From: Clostridiales bacterium
GTDB taxonomy: Bacteria; Bacillota; Clostridia; Christensenellales; CAG-138
NCBI GenBank assembly: GCA_009783775.1
Contig: WRCT01000001.1
Coordinates: 1 to 48,567, forward strand
Direction: 5' to 3'
Length of the DNA: 48,567 nucleotides
The stretch's first letter is position 1. Every line of letters starts with the position of its first letter. The translations under genes were made by a program, and so were the position numbers. The notes beneath the pieces are model-generated. The model searched no databases, was not told the DNA's origin, and worked only from the letters and a program-made list of their open reading frames with translations. This document shows, one piece after another, positions 26,411 to 33,423 of this stretch.

Positions 26411-28108
26411 TTGGAACAAGAGGGAAAAACCACGACACAAGATAATAATGACACAGGCAAGCCCGCCCGCGCAAGGCGCAAGGCCTTCGTTTGGGCCGGT
26501 ATCGGCCTGTTTTTGGCAGCGGTCACGGCGCTCGGGCTTTGGGCAAATCCGGACAGCGGCAAGCAGCTTTTGATTGCCCTGGGCCTGGCCCAGCCCACGC
26601 CGCCGACAGAACTGACCTTTGTACAGGCGCGTGTCTTTGCCGAGACCCCGCCGCCCGAGGCGGTCCCAACGCCGACGCCTGCGCCCACGCCCGTGCCCAC
26701 GCCCACGCCGCCGCCGCACCCCGCGCGCGGCGATGTGATCGAGGTCGACACGGAATCCCCTGTGGTGCGCGACATTCATATTCAGCTGATGGCTTTGGAG
26801 TATTTGGGCTTTGACGAGGTGGAGGAAGTGTTCACCGAGGGGCTGGCCGACGCGATTTTGTTCTTCCAGCGGCGCAATGACCTGCCCGCCACGGGTCTGG
26901 TGGACGAGGCCACCTTTGCCGCGCTCAACGCCCCCGAGGCTTTGGCCTACGCAATCGCGCCGGGCATGACGGGCGAGGAGGTGTTTCTCGTCACCGAACG
27001 GTTGGTGGAGCTGGGGTACTTGAACGGTGAGCCAAGCGAAGTCTATGACGAGGAGACGGCCGAGGCGGTGAGCCGCTTTCGGCGCAAGAATAAACTCTCC
27101 GCGGGCGACGAGATCGACGCGGAGGCCTTTGAGATCCTGCTTGGCGAGGACACGGTCTCCAATTTCTTCGGCCAGGGCGACAAGAGTCCGGAGGTAGAGG
27201 AATATCAGAAAATACTTTATACGCTGGGTTATCTCGTCACCGAGCCGGACAGCGTTTACGGGCGGTTGACCGCCGCCGCCGTGCGCAGGTTTCAGGAGAA
27301 GAACGGTCTGATCACGGACGGCTGTTTGGGCCGCACGACGCTCGAGGCCTTAACGCAAGGCAAACCGCCCGCCTTCACCTTTGACAAGGGCATGGAGGGC
27401 GACGACATCAAGCACATTCAGGGACGGCTGGCCAAGTTCGGCTATCTCGGGGAGGCGCAGACCACGGGCTACTACGGGGACAAGACCGCGCTGGCCGTGC
27501 TCTCGTTCCAGAACCGGAACGGGCTTGCCAAGACGGGTGCGGTGGATCACAAGACCCTGCTCAAATTAAACAACGACAAGTCCAAACGGGCCGTCGCGGA
27601 TACGCCCAAAAATAACGGCGGCGGCAGCTCGTCCTCCGGCGGCGGTTCCTCCGGCGGCGCAAAGAATACCACCGGCAACAGTGGCGACAGTAAGGCCAAG
27701 CCGGGCGGCTCGCCCATCGACTACGGAGAGGGCATCGACGCCTTCATCGCCGTGGCGCAGTCCAAGTTAGGCAGCAAGTATGTGCGCGGCGCGAAGGGCC
27801 CGAACAGCTTTGACTGCAGCGGGTTCGTCTACTGGTGCTTAAACCAGGTCGGCGTGAACCAGGGATATCTGACCAGCATTGGCTGGCGCACGGTGGGTAA
27901 GTATGAGCGCGTCGTCAGCATGAGCGAGCTAAAGCGCGGCGACGTGCTGGTGTTCTCCGGCTCGTCCTCGGGCACGGGGCACGTGGGCATTTATATCGGC
28001 GGCGGCAGAATGATCGACGCCGGCAGCTCCCGGGGCCGCGTGGTCGAACGCAGCATTGAGACGAATTACTGGCGTTCGCACTTCCTTATGGCGTACCACA
28101 TTTGGTAA
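26411..28108 (+). CDS. peptidoglycan-binding (PG_binding_1 repeats) NlpC/P60 endopeptidase
   Basis: TTG start after AAAGGGGG. TM anchor. Four or five LGY..G..DG.(Y/F)..T..AV..FQ repeats. C-terminal FDCSGFVYWCL ... GHVGIYIGGGRMIDA catalytic pattern. Confidence 0.85.
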   Translation: MEQEGKTTTQDNNDTGKPARARRKAFVWAGIGLFLAAVTALGLWANPDSGKQLLIALGLAQPTPPTELTFVQARVFAETPPPEAVPTPTPAPTPVPTPTPPPHPARGDVIEVDTESPVVRDIHIQLMALEYLGFDEVEEVFTEGLADAILFFQRRNDLPATGLVDEATFAALNAPEALAYAIAPGMTGEEVFLVTERLVELGYLNGEPSEVYDEETAEAVSRFRRKNKLSAGDEIDAEAFEILLGEDTVSNFFGQGDKSPEVEEYQKILYTLGYLVTEPDSVYGRLTAAAVRRFQEKNGLITDGCLGRTTLEALTQGKPPAFTFDKGMEGDDIKHIQGRLAKFGYLGEAQTTGYYGDKTALAVLSFQNRNGLAKTGAVDHKTLLKLNNDKSKRAVADTPKNNGGGSSSSGGGSSGGAKNTTGNSGDSKAKPGGSPIDYGEGIDAFIAVAQSKLGSKYVRGAKGPNSFDCSGFVYWCLNQVGVNQGYLTSIGWRTVGKYERVVSMSELKRGDVLVFSGSSSGTGHVGIYIGGGRMIDAGSSRGRVVERSIETNYWRSHFLMAYHIW

Positions 28109-28217
28109 TAGAGTGGAGTGTTGAGAGTTGAGAGTTGAGCGAAGGAAATAACGGCTCCGCCGTTATAATTGTAGGGGCGGCCTGTGGTCGCCCATCCTTA
28201 ACTCCACTCTCAACACT
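28108..28217. repeat. heptad-armed hairpin element with embedded GTAGGGGCG unit
   Basis: Arm ATAGAGT GGAGTGT TGAGAGT TGAGAGT TGAGCGA. Hairpin ACGGC-tcc-GCCGT. GTAGGGGCG-gcctgtggt-CGCCC (28171-28193). Arm ACTCCAC TCTCAAC. Confidence 0.8.
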
Positions 28218-28220
28218 TTC

Positions 28221-28249
28221 TTGATATTTTCCCAAACATCGAGTATAAT
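28221..28249 (+). promoter_or_regulatory. sigma-A type promoter for the L,D-transpeptidase gene
   Basis: TTGATA, 17-nt spacer, TATAAT. 26 nt upstream of the ATG, which has an AGGAG RBS. Confidence 0.65.
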
Positions 28250-28275
28250 AAGAAAAACACTTAACAGGAGAACAT

Positions 28276-29340
28276 ATGAAGCGGCTGACGATTGGATTTT
28301 TGATTGCGATTTTGATATTGGGCCTTTGCCCCGCAGTAGCGAGCGCAAAAGATGAATTGAAGAACACGGACCCCGACCGGTTCTTTTTGGTGCTGGACCT
28401 GAACAACCAGGTGGTGACCGTATACCAGCGGGACGAAAACGGGGAGTATACCGATATCGTGCGGCGGTTCGTTTGCTCCTCGGGCAAACCCACCGCGCCG
28501 GACGCCCCCGCTGACGCAAAGACCTATGACACGCCCACCGGCATTTGGAAACTCGGCGGACGGCGGCGCATGGGCACCTTTGCCGCGTTTGGCGACTGGG
28601 CCCGCTATTGGGTGCAGATCGTGGGCGACAACATCTTTCATTCCGTGCTGTTTCGGGACGAAAAGGTAACCTCCATCAAATCCTACAACGAGCTGGGCGC
28701 GCGGCCCGCCTCCCACGGCTGCGTGCGGCTTGCCGTAGAGGACGCCAAGTGGCTGTATTATTATGCCTGCCCGGGCACGACCATCGAGGTCACCAACCGG
28801 ATCAAAAAGAACGCCAAGTATACGGAATCCATCCGCGCGGCCACGGTGGGGCGGGTGAAGTTTGCCGAGTATAAGGTGCTGCAGGCGAATTTTTATGACA
28901 CCGAGGAGCTGCCCAACGACAAGTGCTGGGTCAGCGTGGAGGGCGCGCGTATCTTCAAAAGCAACGATAAGGTGGGGACCCTGGTCGGCAGGCCCGCCGT
29001 CGGCACAGAGCTGGAAGTTCTGATGGAAAGCCCCGCCTTTTACATGGTGCGGTTTGAGAAAAAGATCGGCTACATTCTGCGCGGGTACATCACCCTGACC
29101 GAAGGCGTGGTGGACACGGTCGAGAACGCGACGCTGATGGGCAACACGACCATGTGGATGTACACGGAGCCGGACGATAAGTCGGAGCGCATCTGCAAGG
29201 TGCCCAAATTTTCCGGCGTGAAACTCATTGAAAAGGGTGAGAAGTTTTCTTTGATCCAGTATTATGATGAAATCGGCTATGTGACCAACAAAAGCCTGAT
29301 CACCGACTGGGGACTGGCGTTTGACACGGCAACCGAATGA
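28276..29340 (+). CDS. L,D-transpeptidase (YkuD domain) with two SH3b-like repeats
   Basis: Signal peptide. HSVLF ... SHGCVRL catalytic motif. C-terminal SH3b-like repeats. Confidence 0.8.
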   Translation: MKRLTIGFLIAILILGLCPAVASAKDELKNTDPDRFFLVLDLNNQVVTVYQRDENGEYTDIVRRFVCSSGKPTAPDAPADAKTYDTPTGIWKLGGRRRMGTFAAFGDWARYWVQIVGDNIFHSVLFRDEKVTSIKSYNELGARPASHGCVRLAVEDAKWLYYYACPGTTIEVTNRIKKNAKYTESIRAATVGRVKFAEYKVLQANFYDTEELPNDKCWVSVEGARIFKSNDKVGTLVGRPAVGTELEVLMESPAFYMVRFEKKIGYILRGYITLTEGVVDTVENATLMGNTTMWMYTEPDDKSERICKVPKFSGVKLIEKGEKFSLIQYYDEIGYVTNKSLITDWGLAFDTATE

Positions 29341-29358
29341 ACTGCGGTTCATTCGGTT
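29331..29358 (+). repeat. perfect 12-bp hairpin with TGCG tetraloop
   Basis: AACCGAATGAAC-tgcg-GTTCATTCGGTT. Includes the ldt stop codon. Confidence 0.9.
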
Positions 29359-29374
29359 GGAACGCGGGTGGGAC

Positions 29375-29418
29375 CATCACTTCCTGAAATTCTGCGGAAT
29401 TTCCGGGCGGAAGTGATG
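29375..29418 (+). repeat. nested hairpin with TGCG tetraloop
   Basis: Outer stem CATCACTTCC / GGAAGTGATG. Inner hairpin GAAATTC-tgcg-GAATTTC. Confidence 0.9.
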
Positions 29419-29472
29419 TAAGGAGTGGGCTAGCGGCCGCGCAGGTCGCCCTTGCCCACGGATTATTGTGGG

Positions 29473-29496
29473 ATCAAGGGGTTGCGACCCCTTGAT
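29473..29496 (+). repeat. 10-bp hairpin with TGCG tetraloop
   Basis: ATCAAGGGGT-tgcg-ACCCCTTGAT, nested inside CCCACGG (29454-29460) / CCGTGGG (29524-29530). Confidence 0.9.
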
Positions 29497-29541
29497 AATC
29501 CCCTTTTGGATTTTCGTGCATTTGCCGTGGGCGTTTGAGGA

Positions 29542-29569
29542 TTGACAAATAATGATTATCCATTACAAT
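29542..29569 (+). promoter_or_regulatory. promoter giving a leaderless MFS mRNA
   Basis: TTGACA, 16-nt spacer, TACAAT. Exactly 7 nt to the ATG at 29577, with no SD. The spacer contains the palindrome ATAATgATTAT. Confidence 0.6.
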
Positions 29570-29576
29570 AATTGAT

Positions 29577-30746
29577 ATGGATAATGCAAAAACAAACAAA
29601 ACCGACACAAGGATAAGGATCGCCATCTTATCCTTGTGTTTTATCGTGGTGGTTTATCTGGTTCCGGCCGTGGCGATGAACGGGATCTTGGCCGCCTTCC
29701 CCGGCGTTTCGGAAAACACCGTCATGCTCATGCTGTCCCTGCCGAATCTGACGGGGCTGGCGGGCATACTCATCGTGCCGGCCGTACAAAAATGGCTGAC
29801 CTATAAGGCGCAGAGCCTGCTGGCGATGGGGCTGCTGCTGGTCAGCGGGACCCTGTCCCTTGCGCTGGCGGACAGCCTGCCCCTGCTGATAACCATGGCC
29901 GGACTGCTGGGTTTTGCCTACGGGGTGCTGGCGACGACCTATCCGCTGCTGGTCGGGCTGCATTTTTCGGGCACGGCGCGCGCCTTTATGATGGGCGTGG
30001 CGGCGGGAGTGCTGCAGCTGGGGCGGCTGGTGATTGCGCTGCTGGCCGGATTTTTGGCGGATATCCGCTGGAATTATATTTACTTCACCTTTGTCTTTGT
30101 GGCGGCCGCCTTTGTAATCGTGCTGCTTCTGCTGCCGAACGCGCGGGCGCTGCCGCCGGTCAAAACCGAGAAGAAACGCGCGCCGCTGTGGAAAAACGGG
30201 GAACTGGTCCGGCTCTGCCTGCTGGGGCTGCTGTTCACCGTTCTTTACTATCTGACCGTCACGCATATCTCGCTCTATGTGGAGGGCGGCGGTTTGGGCA
30301 CGGCGGCCACCACGGGCATGGCAAACGGCGTGGGATTGGTCGCCGGCGTGGCGATGTCGTTTTTGTTTTCCAAGCTCTTTCGTTTTACGGGCAAGGCCAC
30401 GCTTGCCGTCGCGTTCGGGTTGCTGGGGCTGGGTTATCTCTGCTGCGGCTTTTTCGTGAACCTGCCCGCCCTGCTGGTGGGATTGATCTTTGCCAACCTG
30501 GGCATGGGCCTGGCCGCCCCATATTTTATGCTGCGCGGCGGCTTGGTCGCGCCGGGCGCGGAGGGGCCGGCGATGGCCGTGCTGCTGGTCTTTATCAACT
30601 TCGGCTACTTTTGCTCGCCCTATATCTCTACCCTGCTGTCCGGCGGCGCGCCCTTGGCTTTTCTGTATTTTGGGCTCGTGGCAGGAGTGGTTGGCGCAAT
30701 TCTGGCGGCAAGCCGAATTGCACAAGGAATAAGTAAGAAGGAATAA
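29577..30746 (+). CDS. MFS transporter
   Basis: 389 aa, about 12 TM. The stop TAA and the last codons (ISKKE) are encoded by the AAGGAAT/AAGTAAG heptads. Confidence 0.75.
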   Translation: MDNAKTNKTDTRIRIAILSLCFIVVVYLVPAVAMNGILAAFPGVSENTVMLMLSLPNLTGLAGILIVPAVQKWLTYKAQSLLAMGLLLVSGTLSLALADSLPLLITMAGLLGFAYGVLATTYPLLVGLHFSGTARAFMMGVAAGVLQLGRLVIALLAGFLADIRWNYIYFTFVFVAAAFVIVLLLLPNARALPPVKTEKKRAPLWKNGELVRLCLLGLLFTVLYYLTVTHISLYVEGGGLGTAATTGMANGVGLVAGVAMSFLFSKLFRFTGKATLAVAFGLLGLGYLCCGFFVNLPALLVGLIFANLGMGLAAPYFMLRGGLVAPGAEGPAMAVLLVFINFGYFCSPYISTLLSGGAPLAFLYFGLVAGVVGAILAASRIAQGISKKE

Positions 30747-30860
30747 GTAATGGTGGAGGTGTGCTGGCGCACAATGAATACGCCGCCAAATCATATAAAA
30801 GAAACTGCCGTTGGGCAGTTTTTTCATTCACTATTACTTATTCCCCATTCCTTATTACTT
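30724..30860. repeat. heptad-armed hairpin element, copy 2 (core inverted relative to copy 1)
   Basis: Arm AAGGAAT AAGTAAG AAGGAAT AAGTAAT. Box GGAGGTGTGCTGGCGCACAATGA. Hairpin AAACTGCC-gttg-GGCAGTTT. Arm ATTACTT ATTCCCC ATTCCTT ATTACTT, abutting the proS stop. Confidence 0.9.
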
Positions 30861-32600
30861 TCATATGCTCTCGGGAACTTCCCGCTCAATCTCTGCGGTC
30901 AACTCTGCAATCAGTTCGCGCACGCGAGAAAGGGCGTCGGCGATGGCTACGTCCTCTTTGACGCGCTTGTCGCGGGTGACGAGCTCGAAAGCGCCGCGCG
31001 CTAAAGTTTTGGGGCTGACAACGAGCCGGATCGGCACGCCCAACAGGTCCGCGTCCGAGAACATAAAGCCGGGCGACACGGCGCGGTCGTCGAACAGAAC
31101 CTCTATGCCCTGCGCCTGCAAAGCGATATACAGCGCGTCGGCCTCGCGGCGGACATTCTCGTCGTCCACGCGCAGGGCGCAGATATGCACCTGCCAGGGC
31201 GCGATGGAAATGGGCCAGATCGGGCCGTAATCGTCGTGTTTCGCCTCGCAGACCGAGGCCATCAACCGTCCCACGCCGATCCCGTAGCAGCCCATGATGG
31301 GGTGGACACGGTTGCCCAGCGCGTCGTCGAAGGTCATGTCCATGGATTCGGTGTATTTTGTGCCCAGCTGGAAGATATTGCCCACCTCAATGCCGTGCGA
31401 AATGCGCAGGGCCGGCTCGCCGCAATTGGGGCAGGGGCCGCCGGAAAAGGCTTGTCCGACATTGACGTAGGGGACGGCGCCCCCGACGTCCCGCGAAGGG
31501 GTAAAGCCTGTGTAGTGATACCCTTCTTTGTTCGCTCCGCAAACCAAATTCGTGGCTCCCATAAGGGATTGGTCATAGATGACGTCGGCCTTGGCGTTCA
31601 GGTTGACCGGTCCGCAGCAGCCCGCCACCAGCCCGCAGCTCTCCAGCTCCTGCGCGGGATGGATTTCTGCTTTCAAGTAGTTGCGCAGCTTGGTCTCGCT
31701 GATGTCGATATCGCCCCGGCAGAAGACCACGACAAAGCTGTCGTCCGCGTTGCGCTGATAGACCACGGCCTTGCAGGACTTGGCGGGGTCCGTGCCCAAA
31801 AAGCCGCAGACCTCCTCGATGGTTTTGTTCTCGCCGGTATCGACCAAGGTGAGGGGGTCGAGGACTTCATCCGTTTCATTGCTTGTGATGCACTCCGCCG
31901 CCTCGATATTGGCGCGGTAGCCGCAGGCGTCGCAGAGTACAAGCGTGTCCTCGCCGATGTCGGCCAGCAGCATGAACTCGTGGCTGATCTTGCCGCCCAT
32001 CATGCCCGAGTCGGACTGCACCGAGATGACCTCCGGCACGCCCGCGCGGGCAAAGATACGCTCATAGGCGCGGTAGCAGCGTTCGTAGTAGGCCTCCAGA
32101 TCCTCCTGGCTCGTGTGGAAGGAGTAGCCGTCCTTCATGGTGAACTCGCGCACGCGGATCAGGCCGCCCCGGGCGCGCGGCTCGTCACGGAATTTGGTTT
32201 GGATCTGATAGATCATGAAGGGATATTTCTGATACGTGCCCGCGACGTGCATGGCCAGGTGCACCGCCGGTTCCTCGTGCGTCATGCCCAGGACCATGGG
32301 CGAGCCGGAGCGGTCCGAAAAGCGCACGAGCTCGCTGCCGACGCTGGTATAACGCCCCGACAGCTCCCACAGCGAGGCGGGGATCGCGACGGGGAAGAGC
32401 ACTTCCTGCCCGCCGAGCGCGTCCATTTCCTCGCGCAGGATCGCCTCGATCTTGTTTACGATACGTTTGGCGGGCGGGAACAGGGAATAAATGCCGTTGC
32501 CGACCTGTTTGATGTAGCCGCCGCGCGTCATCAGGTTTTGGCTCGCAATATCAAAGGCGCGCTCCTTAAACCGCTCGCCCAGCAATTGACTCATTTTCAT
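30861..32600 (-). CDS. proS: proline--tRNA ligase (bacterial type with INS editing domain)
   Basis: 579 aa. The FRDEPRARGGLIRVREF motif (class II aminoacyl-tRNA synthetase), an INS editing-domain insertion, and a C-terminal anticodon-binding domain. Confidence 0.95.
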   Translation of the reverse strand: MKMSQLLGERFKERAFDIASQNLMTRGGYIKQVGNGIYSLFPPAKRIVNKIEAILREEMDALGGQEVLFPVAIPASLWELSGRYTSVGSELVRFSDRSGSPMVLGMTHEEPAVHLAMHVAGTYQKYPFMIYQIQTKFRDEPRARGGLIRVREFTMKDGYSFHTSQEDLEAYYERCYRAYERIFARAGVPEVISVQSDSGMMGGKISHEFMLLADIGEDTLVLCDACGYRANIEAAECITSNETDEVLDPLTLVDTGENKTIEEVCGFLGTDPAKSCKAVVYQRNADDSFVVVFCRGDIDISETKLRNYLKAEIHPAQELESCGLVAGCCGPVNLNAKADVIYDQSLMGATNLVCGANKEGYHYTGFTPSRDVGGAVPYVNVGQAFSGGPCPNCGEPALRISHGIEVGNIFQLGTKYTESMDMTFDDALGNRVHPIMGCYGIGVGRLMASVCEAKHDDYGPIWPISIAPWQVHICALRVDDENVRREADALYIALQAQGIEVLFDDRAVSPGFMFSDADLLGVPIRLVVSPKTLARGAFELVTRDKRVKEDVAIADALSRVRELIAELTAEIEREVPESI

Positions 32601-32625
32601 GGGGATACGCTCCTGTGAATTCTTT

Positions 32626-33330
32626 TTAACGGTATTTCAGCCTGCGGAACCAGTTGAGGGACAGGTGTTTGAGTTGGGTTCTGCTGCCGCCAAAGTATTG
32701 CCGGTTCAAATCGCGGGACAAGAGCCCCACCCAAACGATGGTCGCCATGATCAAAAAGATCGCGGCAAGCGCCTTGCCCAGCAGCACGGCGGCAAATACA
32801 TATCTGCCGTCAATGATTGTGAACGTGAAGTAAGGCCCTTCGTTGATGATGGCGCCCAGGAAAATATAAATCGCCAAACCCCAGGAACCGTAGATGAAAT
32901 ACCGCCGTTCCTTTAATCTCTCCGACACTGTCAAGAAAAGGAACACGGAGAGGGCAATGCTGACACCAACATAGATGACGGCCAGCACCTTATAGCCACC
33001 CAGGTTGGACAGAATCATATAGGCGCTGTACAGGGAAAGCCCCCAAAAGGGCATGGCGCCGAAATAGGGCCAGATCTGCGAAAGATAGGCGCAGGCGATA
33101 AAGCCCAGGCACAACATCAGCTCGGGACTGATCAGCTGATGGAAGAACAGCGTAAAGAACTGCGAAAGACCGGCGGCGCTGAAAAACGGGGCGAGGGAGA
33201 AACTGCCCGTCAGACAGTTCAGGCGAAGGCCCAAAAGCGCGCAGGCGGCGCCCACGGCGGCCAAAACAATCGCTCTCTTCAAGGTGAAGGATTTGAGCGG
33301 TATCCTCAGTTTTACTTCCTGAACTTCCAT
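32626..33330 (-). CDS. hypothetical polytopic membrane protein
   Basis: Start taken at ATG 33330 (AGGAGG upstream). About 6 TM. Lower GC than its neighbours in hand counts (47 and 55 percent in two 60-nt lines). No family recognised. Confidence 0.5.
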   Translation of the reverse strand: MEVQEVKLRIPLKSFTLKRAIVLAAVGAACALLGLRLNCLTGSFSLAPFFSAAGLSQFFTLFFHQLISPELMLCLGFIACAYLSQIWPYFGAMPFWGLSLYSAYMILSNLGGYKVLAVIYVGVSIALSVFLFLTVSERLKERRYFIYGSWGLAIYIFLGAIINEGPYFTFTIIDGRYVFAAVLLGKALAAIFLIMATIVWVGLLSRDLNRQYFGGSRTQLKHLSLNWFRRLKYR

Positions 33331-33423
33331 AGCGCCTCCTGTTCCGATAACAATATGATTCTCTAGTATATGGGATAATCCTTTTCCTGTCAACCGCAAG
33401 AAAATAAAACAGAATGTTATAAA

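Noticed and set aside
32601-32625. A T-box leader upstream of proS.
   Set aside because: Only 25 nt separate proS from the upstream membrane-protein gene. They contain just an AGGAG RBS, with no specifier or T-box sequence.
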